From Callorhinchus milii (Eukaryota): a stretch of 64,000 nucleotides of DNA. Each line of letters begins with the position of its first letter. Positions within the stretch are counted from its first letter, which is position 1. The notes under the pieces were generated by a model, which did not search any database, had not been told where the DNA came from, and saw only the letters and a list, made by a program, of their open reading frames with translations. The stretch is from positions 70,310,001-70,374,000 of the forward strand of contig NW_024704743.1 in the NCBI RefSeq assembly GCF_018977255.1, given 5' to 3'. Made by a program: the position numbers and the translations under genes. Shown piece after piece: positions 50,816 to 63,169 of this stretch.

Positions 50816-51937
50816 TCAAAGAGCAATTTTAGGATAGATATCAGAAAGTATTTCTTTACCCAGAGGTTATTTAATGATGGGAACAGGTTACCAGAAAGGT
50901 GGGTTGAGGCCGAACACTGGACTTGATTTATAAAACAGCTGGATCCTGGAGGAAGAGGGTCTTCTGGAAAGAGGAGATTGGATAGACTGAAGGATCTTCT
51001 TTGGCCAAACTGATCTTGTGATCTTTTGAATTTCTATCATTGTGAAATATTTCCTCTGTTTTAAATATATTAAGAGGAAAATGTACTCCCGTTTGGTGTT
51101 TTGGAAGGATTTAAAGTCAGGAGGAAGTTACCATTGGAATTTCCTTGTTCATTTGAAGGAATTTTCTCTTGTGGGAAAACAAAATATCCACAGTTACAAT
51201 CTGAAACTTCTTCAGAAAAAAACGCCTGTTGTGTGGTCTACAGCCTGAAATATAAAGTTGAAGATGAGCTAAAGATGCTTTTATAAAACAAGATGAGTAT
51301 TTATATATATTTTTATTAGTCTTTATTGGTGTCTGCGGGCAGCAATCTGTACATCATAGTGATTTATGGAGATATATTTAACTGCACTAATCAGTGCTAT
51401 TTGTTCACATTCAATTGGAAAGTCTGTTATTGAGTGAGGCATTTCATGCTTGACCTACCCAGTACATTCCCTCATATTAACCCCATCCAATTGAGACACT
51501 GTGGTGGGTGTAAAACCATTACATGTCGGTACTGCAGATGTTGTACTGACTGGCTTGGTCATGCAGGGACATGGGAAACCATAGCAAACATCATTCCAAA
51601 AAATACTAGGCCTAGTTTTAGAACCCTACACCAACACTTCCTCTTCAGAACGTGCTGTCACCTCCAGGATCTCCTTCTGGGGGGGGAGTGGAAAGAGGGG
51701 CATGATATTTTCTGTGGCCTCTATCAATATCATTCTATAGTCAGCTGGTAAGGGTGCAATCCTCCATGGAATATCTGGTCCAGCCAGTTTTTCATTCCCT
51801 GTTGGTAAAAAGGTCTATTGCCACATGGTGCTCCCTCTAGTGATCAGGATCAGAACTGCCAGAACAAAAACAGCAACAAGTGAATGTCAATTTAGGTTCT
51901 AACATTTGATAGATCTTCTGCTAATAAATCAAGTGAG

Positions 51938-54900
51938 TCAACAACAACAACAACAAGATTCCATTTATAGAGCGCCTTTCACGTCAGGAGGACGTCCCAA
52001 GGCGCTGCACAGTTGGGTCATGACCCGAGCAGGGGGAAATGGTCAGGGTGAGGGGAGGGAAGGGAGGGAGAGAGGAGGGGAAATGGTCAGGGTGAGGGAG
52101 GGAAGGGAGGGAGCGAGGAGGAGGAAGAGAGTCGAGAGGGGAGCTGAAGGCACGGTCAAAGAGAAAGGTTTTGAGACCGGCCTTGAAGGAGGAAAGGGAG
52201 GAAGCAAGGCGAAGGCACTGGGGGATGGAGTTCCAGAGCCTCGGGGCTGAGAGGCTGAAGGCCCGACCACCGATAGTAGGGCGGTTGGGGCGGGGGACGT
52301 GGAGCAGACCGGAGCCAGAGGAACGGAGGGTACGGGCAGGTAGGTAGGGGGATAGTAGGTTGGAGAGGTAGGAGGGAGCAAGGCCGTGAATGGCCTTGTA
52401 GGTGAGGATGAGGATCTTGAAATCAATCCTCTGGGGGATGGGGAGCCAGTGGAGGCGAGCGAGGGTGGGAGTGATGTGGTCCCGAAGCCTGGTGCGGGAC
52501 AGTACACGAGCTGCAGAGTTCTGAATGACCTGCAGCTTGTGGAGGGAGGTGGCGGGAAGGCCGGCGAGGAGAGAGTTCCCATAGTCCAGCCTTGAGGTGA
52601 CAAAGGCGTGAACCAGGGTTTCAGCAGCGTGAGGGGTGAGGTAGTGCCGTAATCTGGCGATATTCCGGAGGTGATGGAAGGCGGTGCCAGTTGTGGTGCG
52701 GATGTGAGGGAGAAAGGACAGCTCAGGGTCGAACAAAACGCCGAGGTTCCTGACTGGCTTTGAGAGGTGGAGAGTGCAGCCTTGGATGCTGATGGTGTCA
52801 GCGCCTGAGGTGCGGAGGCGCTGACGTGAGCCAATCAGGAGGGCCTCGGTTTTTTGCACGTTGAGCTGAAGAAAGTTGTCTCTCGTCCAGGACTCGATGT
52901 CGGACAGGCAGGCTGTCAGGACATCGGTGGTCGTGGAGTTGAGAGTAGAGGAGGAAAGGTAGAGTTGGGTGTCATCCGCATACATGTTTGCGGATGATGT
53001 CACCAAGGGGGAGCATATAGAGGGTGAAGAGGAGGGGACCGAGGACAGAGCCCTGAGGGACACCACATGAGACAGTACGGGGGGTGGAGGAGAAGCCATT
53101 CGTTGAGACGAAGTGAAGACGGTGAGAAAGGTACGACCTAAACCATTCAAGGACAGTGCCTTGAAGGTTGAGGTGGGAGGACAAGCGGTGGAGTAGGATA
53201 GCGTGGTCGACCGTATCGAATGCTGCCGATAGGTCGAGGAGGACGAGGAGACAGAGGGAGCCCTGGTCACAGATGGTCAGGATATCATTGGTGACCTTGA
53301 CCAGGGCAGTTTCTGTGCTATGAGCAGCACGGAAACCTGACTGAAGGGGTTCAAAAAGAGAATGGGTGGAGAGGAAAGAGCGCAGTTGGGAGGCGACAAC
53401 TCTTTCCAAGACCTTGGAGAGAAAGGGGAGGTTGGAGATGGGCCGGTAGCTTGATAGCTGCGACGCATCAAGGGAGGGTTTTTTCAGGGTGGGCGTGATG
53501 ATGGCAGTTTTTAATGGAATGGGGACAGAGCCAGAGGAGAGGGACAGGTTTATGATGTCAGTGATGTGTGGGGCAAGAAAATGGAGCTGGGAGATAAGGA
53601 GTGGAGTGGGGATGGGGTCAAGGGAGCAGGTGGTTGGTTTTAGGGATAGGATGAGTTCAGTGACAGAGGGTGGGGAAACGGGTACGAAGGTGTGTAGGGG
53701 AGGATGGGTAGGAGTCGGAGTGTGGGAGGGAAGGGGTGGGTGGTGGGTGGAAGTTGGAGGGGAAGTGACCGCGGAGCGGATTCCCTTGATCTTGGATTCA
53801 AGGAAATCCAGCATCTCCTCGCAGTGAAGGTTGGAGGAGATGACCTGCGCGGGGTGGCGGGGGGGACGGAGGAGTCGGGATGTGGTGGAAAACAGTAGCC
53901 TGGGGTTGTTCTTCGCCTCCAGGATTATCCTGGAGTAGAAGGACGACTTGGCCGAGGCTAGAGTGGAGCGGTAAATTTTGAGGAGGTCCAGCCAGATTTG
54001 TCGGTGGACCGTTAAGCCGGATTTGACAAAGGTGCGCTCAGCAGCCCGCACCTGGCATTTCAGTGAGCGGAGGTGGGTGGTGTACCAGGGGGAGGAGCGG
54101 GAGTAGGAGACAGTGCGGGAAGTGATGGGGGCAAGAGTATCGAGTGTGGAGGAGAGGATATTGTGGAGGAGGGAGAGAGGAGAAGAGGGGTCGGTGAGGG
54201 TTGAAGGCCAGAGGGAGAGGAGTTCAGAGGACTCCAAGGCATCGGTTAGGGATTGTGGGGGTAACTTCTTCCAAGGGCGGTAGAAGATGGTGGTGGGTCT
54301 GGTGGAGGTGGGGAGGGGGTGGAGGTGGTGAAGGAGATGAAGTAGTGGTCGGAGATGGCCTTGTCGGTAATAGTGACATCCGAGACACTGAGGCCCCGGG
54401 TGATCACCAAATCGAGTGGGTGGCCGTGACTGTGAGTGGGGGAGTTTATGTGTAGGGAAAGGTTGAGTGAGGAGAGCAGGGAAGAGAAGTCTGTGGAGAT
54501 GGAGCAGGAGGGGGTGAAGTGTAGGTTAAAGTCGCCCAGGATGATGAGGCGATCGGAGCAGAGGCAAAGAGATGTGAGGAGTGTTGAAATGTCAGAGATG
54601 AAGGTGGGAGAGGTTTTAGGGGGCCGGTAGAGGAGGAGGATTTTAAGGGAGAGGAATGAGGGGTGGGAGAGGGTGAGGTGCTCGAAGGAGGGGAAAGAGC
54701 CAGTGGAGTAGGGGGAGAGGGCAAGTGGTGTCCTTGAGATAAGGGCAACACCACCGCCACGGCGGTTGGGGCGGGGGATGTGGTGGGAGGTGTAGCCGGG
54801 TGGCGTGGCCTCCGTGAGGGGGAAGGTGTCGCCTGGGGTGAGCCACGTTTCTGTCAAGGCCATGATATCAACGTTCTCATCAAGGATGAGATCGTTGATG

Positions 54901-55093
54901 ACCAGGGCCTTGTTGGAGAGGGAGCGGACATTTTGCAGTCCGATGTGGAGGGAGCGGTTGACAGAAGGGTGTGTGGGAGGGGAGGGGGGTCCAGGTTGTG
55001 AGGCAGGGGTGGGGGAGATGGGGATGAGGGAGGAGAGGTTGACTCCCCGGGTCTGTGTCCGGGGTGGCTGGCGAGAGTGGTGGGGAATGGGTC
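51938..55093 (-). mobile_element. Young L2-clade LINE, near-complete ORF2, 5'-truncated just upstream of the endonuclease; 3' stem-loop tail plus (TTG)n
   Basis: The minus strand encodes APE endonuclease motifs ([51 protein letters not shown]), RT motifs ([66 protein letters not shown]) and the L2 C-terminus ([26 protein letters not shown]). It ends in GCGCCTTGGGACGTCCTCCTGACGTGAAAGGCGCTCTATAAATGGAATC(TTG)n. Confidence 0.97.
52090..55093 (-). pseudogene. L2 ORF2 (endonuclease-reverse transcriptase) split by frameshifts
   Basis: Track ORFs 54246..54863, 52972..54237 and 51984..53270 are consecutive pieces of one protein. There is a 1-nt shift in the C-rich tract near 54301-54330 and a 17-nt deletion near 52985, and no internal nonsense codons within the pieces. 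Confidence 0.93.
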
Positions 55094-57584
55094 AGTCTCA
55101 AAATGTTTCCATATTTTACTGTTATGATTTTACAGATTTTTTTTCACTCTTTTTGAATTCCAGCAATCGTAAAGAAGTTGTTTTGACAGCTGGTGAGGCC
55201 CGATTTGAAATATTGCCTGCAGTTTTAAGAAACTGCTTACAAAAGGTTACTGATGTATTTCAAGAGAGATTGGCAAGGAGCAACACGAATGATTCTAGGT
55301 CTCAGAATTCTAAGTTATGATGAGAGGCTCCTGAAGCTAAACATGAGTTCGAGAAATCAAACAACTAGATAACTGATTACCTGGATAATAATAGTCCTTG
55401 CACTTGACAGAGAGCCATATCATGTCATCCATATCAAGTTCGAAAAGTCTCAAAGTGATTCACAGGATTTAAAGTGTAGTGACTGTAATTGTAGGCAAAG
55501 TTCTCATCCACTATTGAGAAATGTAGGAATAGGTACAGACTTGGGTGAGGAAATATAACACACATCACAATAAGTTCTGTGCTGCTGGGTTTGGGTGTTG
55601 TCCATGGAAGGAAGAGTTCCAGTCTTGGATTGTGGAGGCATTGAGTGGGGTGCATGAGTGTAATAGTCTGGAGGTTTTTTCTCTATTATTTTTGAGGATC
55701 GGTATAGAGCTTTCCTCCAAGAGACAGAGTGGATCCAGTCCATAATTAATTGCTTTTGCATGGTCAAATGGCCTTTCCTCATTCCATGTTTTTTATGTTC
55801 TTTATGAGAATGGTACAAAACCTTTTTGTATTCCTTGAGGGAATTGTGGTATTTTCATTACAATGAAATTATCTGCAAGTGATGGGATATTGGATTTAAT
55901 GAGAGTTACGTAATAATAATAATAATCCTTACATTTGGTATAGAGCCTTTCATATCTGAAGGACATCCCAAAGCTCTTCATATGATAAACTGTAAAGTGC
56001 AGTGACTCTGTTTTGTGTGGGTTAATCCCATTGTTGAACATGTGTAAACAATTAATGAAAGGTTTGGCCAACATTTTTACAATGAAGACCGTAACCCTTT
56101 AAAGCATGAAACATTATCCGATTTGTTTGAATCTTGGGTTTCACAATACCCTTGTGGCATAAAACATAGGAATCCCAGTGGGTATAACGTGTTATTTGTA
56201 TTTATTTTATTTTTACAAAAAAACAGAAAGTAGGTATGTTCACACAGTATTCTGTAGACTGATATCTTTACCACAGGCATTGAGTTTGCTGGCGAGGCTC
56301 TAAGGTGTTTGTGGGGCATTTTGACAAGGGTATTGGTGCAAAAGGACAAGGAATGGTTCTCCAGGTTGCGTTGTTCTCCTTGTTGGACTTCAGTGAAAAT
56401 TCATGAAAGGTTCTGGGAAGAGGGCAAATTCTGAGGAGAAATACTTTAGAATAAGTGTCTGAAATTTGGGACTCTGATTCCTTTTCTCTATTTGGGAAGG
56501 CTGCTAGCACTTAAAGTGTATGAACAGTCTTTCCATCTGCCTGGAGGAATTGTGAGATCTGTTTGTCGTGGTCTCAGAATTGCTGTGGCAGGACTCTGAC
56601 AGGGAGCATCTGGTACAGGAAAAGGAGGGAGAGAGAACGTTCATCTTAATTGAGTTTCGTCTTCCCAGGAGTAATTCTAGCAGGTTATTTCTATTTTATA
56701 AATAATTATAGTTTCTGTCTTTTTTTATAATATACTATCATAGCAGCAACCTTAATGTAATTTGAACTCGCTGGTGTCATTTTTGCAAGTATAACCTGAA
56801 CACATTATGTTGTGAAAATATCCTCAGATGTACTTAGCCAGGATCAGCATAATTTTGCACTGTTCCCCAAAAGATAATAATAATCCTTGAATTTATTATA
56901 GCACCTTTATCACATTGTCAAAACATCTCAAAGTGCTTCACAGGATTTTCTTGATTTATCAAGATTTTGATTTATTACCAGGCTGCTACACCTATATATT
57001 CAAACATATTTTCAAAGTATGTTGAAATAGCAGTTTTTCTTCTTCCTTAATAATTAGTATCGTTGTTTGGTTTAAAACAAGTTTGACTTGACTTACCACC
57101 TTGCATCTGTAAACACACATTGTGATTTTAGGCTACGAAAATTATTAACTGCACATTCAGTGTTACAATTGTTCACAATCACAGAAACAAAATTGGTTCA
57201 CCGGTGAGAACACAGGTAGCGGTTGGCAGCTTTGGGCAAATTTGGTCCCAAAAACCCCAAACCAGCCATGACTACTGCCTGAAATTGCAATGTTTCTTAA
57301 AAGACACAAGGCCTGAAATGTCACCTTGCTTTAGCCTGAAAGGTAATTTTGTCTGAAAGTTTAGGATTGTTCAGAACTGCAGAAAATTCCTAAATCCAGT
57401 TTTAATTTGGAAGCCAGTCCTTCTTAAAAGGACTGTTTTTCCAAATTGCTACTGAATTTCAGAATTACATTTTAAAGTAAATGGTTTTTCTAGGCTATAG
57501 AATTGGTGGAATTTCAGTCATACAATGTGATAATTAGCACATTAAATGATAATTATCACATCAAATCTGTTATGAAACATTATT

Positions 57585-58300
57585 TGATAGAGGTCTTTAA
57601 AATGATGAGGGATTTGATAGAGTAGATTGGTAGAAATTATTTCTACTTATCGGTGAGTCAGTGACTGGAGGACATCAATTTAAGATAATTAATAAAGAAG
57701 CAAAAGAGAAAATTAGGAAGATTTTTTTTGCGCAGAGTTATTAGGATATGGAATGCCCTGCTGGGAGCAGTTGTTGAGGTAGAATCCATATTACGTTTCA
57801 AGAGGGAACTAGATAGATATCTGAAAGCAAGTAATTCATTGGGGTACAGGGAAAAGTCAGGGACTGCCTAGACCCTCGAGGCTATACAGAGGAGAGCTAA
57901 AAGAATGAATCCTCAGTGGTAGAGGAATTCGCTGTGAGCAAAATCATAGACAAGCTCGGGCTCTTCAGTCTTGAAAGAAGACAACTCAGAGGGGACCTCA
58001 TAGAAATGCATAAAGTTTTACATGATTGAAAAAGTAAACCCAGATTAATATTTTAAGATATATCAAGACAGTAGAACAAGAGAACACAGATTTAAAGTTA
58101 TAATTTTAGGACAGATACCAGAAGTAATCAATGACTGGAACAGGTTGCCAGAAAAGCTGTTCGAGACCAGGATACGGAGCTCATTTAAAAAGCAGTTTGA
58201 TGCAGTGATGAGGTGATGTTAGGATGGGTTTTCTGGACAGATAAGAGCAAATGGGCCAAAGGGTCTTCTTCATTCAGACCAATCTTGTGATCTTGTGACA
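57585..58300 (+). mobile_element. Two adjacent CR1 3' fragments
   Basis: GATAGAGGTCTTTAAAATGATGAGGGATTTGATAGAGTAGA.. and TTCAGTCTTGAAAGAAGACAACTCAGAGGGGACCTCATAGAA (FSLERRQLRGDLIE). Confidence 0.85.
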
Positions 58301-58374
58301 TCAGATAAATGGGACTGTATCAACTGTGCTTTCAAAGAGCAAGCACACAAACAAATGGTCAAATGGCCTTCTTC

Positions 58375-58693
58375 TATAATAATAATAATCATTGCATTTG
58401 ATGTAGCACTTTTCACGTCTTCTAGACATCTCAAAGCGCTTCACAGAATATACTGTAAAGTGAATTGACTGTCTATTTGTGGGCAAAACGCATTGGCCAA
58501 TTGTGCACGACAGTGTCCCACAAACAGTCGTGGATTGAGTGACCAAATTATTATTGATTTTTTTTCTTGAGGGATTATTATCAGGCATGTGGATTAAGGA
58601 AACTTGCCCAAGGTTTTGACCTGCCAGGAATTGAACCCAGGTCTCTCGCTTGTAAGGCGAGTGCTCTAACCACTGAGCTACAGGACTCCACAT
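58375..58693 (-). mobile_element. tRNA-Ala-derived SINE, short subfamily, full length
   Basis: Head with loop CTTACAA and boxes A/B; TAGAA-loop tail; (ATT)n. Confidence 0.95.
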
Positions 58694-58844
58694 GCTAAAG
58701 GGTTTTATGGTTACATACTATATATTCATTCCATCCTCTTTTGGTTGAGAGCACAGGAGGAGTCCAGGTTAGCTATTCTGGGACTACAACATTATAGTGA
58801 TAATAATCCTTACATTTGATATCGCACCTTATCCCTTATCACTC

Positions 58845-59825
58845 ATTGACATGTATGCGGATGACACCCACCTCTATCTCTCTGCCTCCACCCTCAACTC
58901 CAGGACTATTGTTGTCCTAACAGAATGTCTGTCAGACATTAAATCCTGGATGAGAGATAATGTTTTACAGTTCAACGTCAACAAGACTGAGGCCCTCCTG
59001 ATTGACTTATGTCAGCGCCTCCACACCTCGGGCACTGATAGCATCATCATCCAGAGATGCACACTCCACCTCACTGAGCCAGTCCAGAACCTTGGCATCT
59101 TGTTTGACCCTCAACTGTACTTTTTACCCCACATCCATGCCATGACCCGCTCTGCCTTCCCCCAACTCCGCAACATTGCCCCACTCCGCCATTAACTCGC
59201 CCCTCAGGCAGATGAAACCCTCATCCATGCATTCATCATGTCCTGACTCAACTACGCCAACTCCCTGCTTGCTGGCCTTCCCAACTCTTCCCTCCATAAG
59301 CTGTGGATCATCCAGAACTCTGCAGCTCATGTCCTCTCCCGCACCAGGCTCTGTGAACCCATCACGTTACCCTCACCTGACTCCACTGGCTCCCCATCCC
59401 CCAGAGGATAGAGCTCAAAATCCTTGTCCTCATCCTTCAAAAGGCCCCTCCACGGCCTTGCTCCTCCCTACCTCTGCGACCTGCTGACCCCACATCAACC
59501 TGTCCGCTCCTTCCCCTCAGCATGCTCTGGCCTGCTCCACGTCCCTCACCTGACCAGTCCCACCATCAGCGGCCGCGCCTTCAGCCCCCACCCTATGGAA
59601 CTCCATCACACATTCCCTTCCCCTTGCTCCCTCTCTTGCCTCCTTCAAGGCGCGTCTTAAAATCCTCCGCTTCGACCTAGCCTTAAGTCACCCTCCTACC
59701 CTCCCTGCCCTCAACCCTCCCCAATTCCGACCCCCAGCTCAGGTCCAAATTCCTGACTGCCGAGCACTTTGGGATGTCCTCCCGACGTGAAAGGTGCTAT
59801 ACAAATGTAATATTTTATTGTATTG
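58845..59825 (+). mobile_element. 5'-truncated L2 copy starting at the YADD motif
   Basis: [33 protein letters not shown]; tail GGGATGTCCTCCCGACGTGAAAGGTGCTATACAAATGTAA. Confidence 0.93.
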
Positions 59826-59829
59826 AGAC

Positions 59830-60120
59830 AATAAGCACTTCACAGAATATATCATAAAATGAATTGATTGTATATTTTGTGGGCGAAATGCAGCAGCCAA
59901 TTGCACACAGCAGTGTCCCACAAATTGAATGAAGACATTATTATCCCCAGAAAGCGATCCGCCAATTGACTAACAACTGGATTCCTACTTACTGCTAGGT
60001 AAACAGAGGCATGTGGAGTAAGGAAAGTTGCCTAAGGTTTCATCCTGCCCGGGAATCAAAGCCAGGTTCCTCTCACTTGCGAGGTGAGCATGCTAACCAC
60101 TAGGTTACAGGATTCCACAT
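59830..60120 (-). mobile_element. tRNA-Ala-derived SINE, long subfamily
   Basis: Reverse head with loop CTCGCAA; extra segment at 59945-60008. Confidence 0.9.
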
Positions 60121-60360
60121 TAAAGGATTGGTTAAGCTAGTTTAGGTGTCTTTTTTTCTCCGTTTAACCGTTTTTACATTTCATCTGTTCCTTCATTGGG
60201 ATCTTATATGCAATATTTGTAACAGGGTTGAGAGATGCTAATAGAACAGTTTGTTTAGTTTGTGCTATTTGCAAAGCTGTTAATTGTGATCTCTAAAAGC
60301 TGCAAAAGGGAAAAAATGGGCTGAGAGTAAAAGGAGGTTTGTTCTTTGGACTTTTAACAC

Positions 60361-60572
60361 AGAGAATAAAATAACTCCTCACGATTTCTCTAAATGACCA
60401 TAGAGTAAAACACCTTCTCCTCACAGTCTCTTTAAATGTCTAGAGAGTAAACCATAATAACTTGCATTTATACAGCACCCTTCGAGCGGGGTAGTGTGTT
60501 GACGCTTTGGAGTAAAACATCCTCTCCTCACAGTCTCTCTAAATATCCAAAGAGTAAAATGCCTTTTCTCTT
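60361..60572. repeat. Degenerate minisatellite of about 41 bp interrupted by an L2 tail
   Basis: Units AGAGTAAAACACCTTCTCCTCACAGTCTCTTTAAATGTC and GGAGTAAAACATCCTCTCCTCACAGTCTCTCTAAATATCC. Confidence 0.8.
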
Positions 60573-62374
60573 CGCGTCTTTATTTTCTCACTTTGGTAGC
60601 TTTCGGAAATCACAATTCGCTAAACAACCCAACTACACAACATTCTTATAGGGTATAGGGTGCTCTCAACAGGATAATGATGGTTAAATATTAAATAGAA
60701 AACCAATGGGAGATCAGTCATAAGAGCAATGTTCCTAGGTATTCAAGCTATTAAAACTGTACATTAATGCTGACTAAGATTATCAAATAAGGTTACTGAC
60801 AGAGCAGAAACATTATATGACAGACTAAACAATATACAACAACAACAAATTACATTTGTATATTGCCTTTCACAGTAATTGTTTTACTACAGTTACACTT
60901 AAGAGGTGGATTTATTCTGCTACTAGGATTACTTTGTAGTTCTCTCATTTCATATTGTCTCATCCTTATTGGTAGGTACTCTTGTATGGTACATTCGTAT
61001 TTCTCTCCACAAGATATATGTCATTCCCATTTTTATCTTAATGGGAGCGATGCAGGCACAGGATGCAGGCTTCATGACCAGGCAGGAAGGGGGCTTGAAT
61101 GGTCTTGCAGAAGTCATTGTGAGCATTCACAAGATTTTTGTTTGTGAAGAAGGTGTTTCAGCCCATTTTATCTCATCTTCAGTGTCCAGTGTCTTGGCTT
61201 CAACCACCCTTCTTGGCAACCTGTTCAAGTTGTTGATGAAAGATAAACTTCCTGGTGTCTGCCCTCATACTGTGCTTTTCTCTCAAGACTGATGACCCGA
61301 AAAAAGCTGGTAACTGCCAGTACTGGCATTGTAATTACACTTAGCCAGAAATTCTGTCTTGCTAGACTGCACGTCCCCATCCACCCCTCCCACTAGTCCA
61401 GCGAACTGTGGTTTTAGTGTACGGAAGTAGGACTTGAACCCACAACCTTTTGACTCAAAGGTGGGAGTGCTAACAACTAAGCCAGGATGACACCTAAACA
61501 TAACTCCATCCTAGCTTTATTATACAGGATCCTTACACAACAACACTGCATTTTAGAAGCAATTCTTTTTGTTGAAGCATGTAATTAAAATCCTCCCAGC
61601 ACACTCGGCTTCCTTAAACAAAAATAAGGCCCACGAGGGGCTGACGATTGAAAGGCCATCCATGTAGATGTATAGTTTAATCTTTATTAAATTTGTTAAA
61701 TTGATAAATATGATTGATATCATCAAGGATAAGGCCATTGTGGACTGTTATTGTGGAGGGTTTACTTAATATCTACCCAATGAGCCAGACAATTATGAAG
61801 CTTTCTCCTTTATGTCTTCCAGGCTAAACCTGTTGGAATGTCTACTTGAGTGGCAAGTGTTAGTCCTTTTATTCGTGCCCCACTGGGACCTGATGACTGG
61901 AGGTCCCTCCTAATCTCTTTCAGAGCTTCCTCCTCTATCCTTTGATGCTGGTCGAGAGAAAGACATTTCAGAACCTGGCAACAGCTGTTATTACTAGTAC
62001 ATCAAGGTCACAAATCCCAAACCGCTAGTAATAACACCCACCCTGGTGATTGACAGTGGGACAATCCATCTCATAATGTTACAGCTGAAAGGCTTCTAAT
62101 GCTGGAAGAGGGGTTACATTGCAAGAATTGTTTATAGTGTCTGGCTTTGCTTCCATGTGCATCCTGGCTGACTGAGTTGTATCAGTGGACCCAAGACACA
62201 CATTGCTATTCAGAGAAAAGGACTGTGCTGTGGATACAGATGGGAGAGTGGATGCAGCAAACTGGTGATGTGCAAGATGTGCTCCAAAGACACTGAAAAT
62301 TGTTAATTAACCTGTTAGAAGCTTATGTTAAAAATTCTATTTGTAATCTATTATTGAAGTCTGGTCATTTTTAA

Positions 62375-62690
62375 AGAGCTTTATGAAACTTGATTTAGGA
62401 GCTATATAAAAGGTGCTTGGGGGCATTTATAAAGTGGATTTTTCCGTTAGTGAGGGAGCCATAGCAAGTGTATGGTATAGAAGAGGATCTTATAAGCAGG
62501 GACCACTGCAGCACACATTGGTGTGAGGCAGGTCCTGGAACTATGTTTAAAAAAGACATAGACCGATATTTAGGTAGTAATGACATAAAGTGGTTTGATG
62601 ACATGGGGAGCCATTTGGATGAAAAGATCTACCAAGATCTAATAAACTGATGGAACAAGCTCGATGGACTGAATGGCTCCCTGTTGCCTC
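62375..62690 (+). mobile_element. CR1 3' end
   Basis: TTTAAAAAAGACATAGACCGATATTTAGG..GATGGAACAAGCTCGATGGACTGAATGGCTCCCTGTTGC. Confidence 0.75.
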
Positions 62691-62744
62691 AGTGTGGGAA
62701 ACCCAAACAAACTGGAGGAAGATTCATGGCGGAAGACAACAGCA

Positions 62745-63140
62745 GCAACAACAACAACAACAATGTGCAGTTACACAGTGCACTACATGTGGATATCCTC
62801 ACAAAACATTTCACAGTGGCATGGCTTGACACCGAGCCAGAAAGCGGAAGTGACCAAAGGAACACTCAAAGAGAAAACTCTTCAGGTGTGATTTGAAGAC
62901 AGGCAGAGATGAGGCAAGACAGAGGGATTGAAGCAAAGAGTTCCAAAGATTCAGGGCATACTGGCTGAAAGCATGGCATCCAATTGCGAAGCGGAGGGAA
63001 TGAGGGTCGTGCAGCAGACCTGTACCAGTTGAACGAACGTGGCGGGAAGAGGAATGGGATGAGAACAGATGGTGGAAGTAGGGAGGTGCCAGGACATGAA
63101 AAGATTTGAAAATAAGAGTGAGGATCTTGAAATCCATCCA
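62745..63140 (-). mobile_element. L2 3' fragment (type-B-like tail)
   Basis: Minus frame MDFKILTLIFKSFH..LWNSLLQSL..FKSHLKSFLFE followed by a (TTG)n tail. Confidence 0.88.
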
Positions 63141-63169
63141 TTTTGTAACACACAATATGAAAGGTGTGG

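Larger units (their letters stand above)
49000..51030 (+). mobile_element. Highly decayed CR1 ORF2 remnants with several nested insertions
   Basis: CTAGACTTCCAAAATGCATTTGACAA (LDFQ.AFD), TCTTGAAAGGAGATGTCTCAGAGAGGATCTTATAAAGTG, TTCTTTACCCAGAGGTTATTTAATGATGGGAACAGGTTACC. Confidence 0.7.

Noticed and set aside
52043..52834. 263-aa overlapping ORF and other antisense or shifted ORFs in L2
   Set aside because: The C-rich L2 sense strand has few stop codons in alternative frames; the products are low-complexity with no domain.
56272..56609. Minus-strand coding exon (strong pyrimidine tract plus CAG acceptor, GTAAAG donor)
   Set aside because: All three frames contain stops between acceptor and donor.
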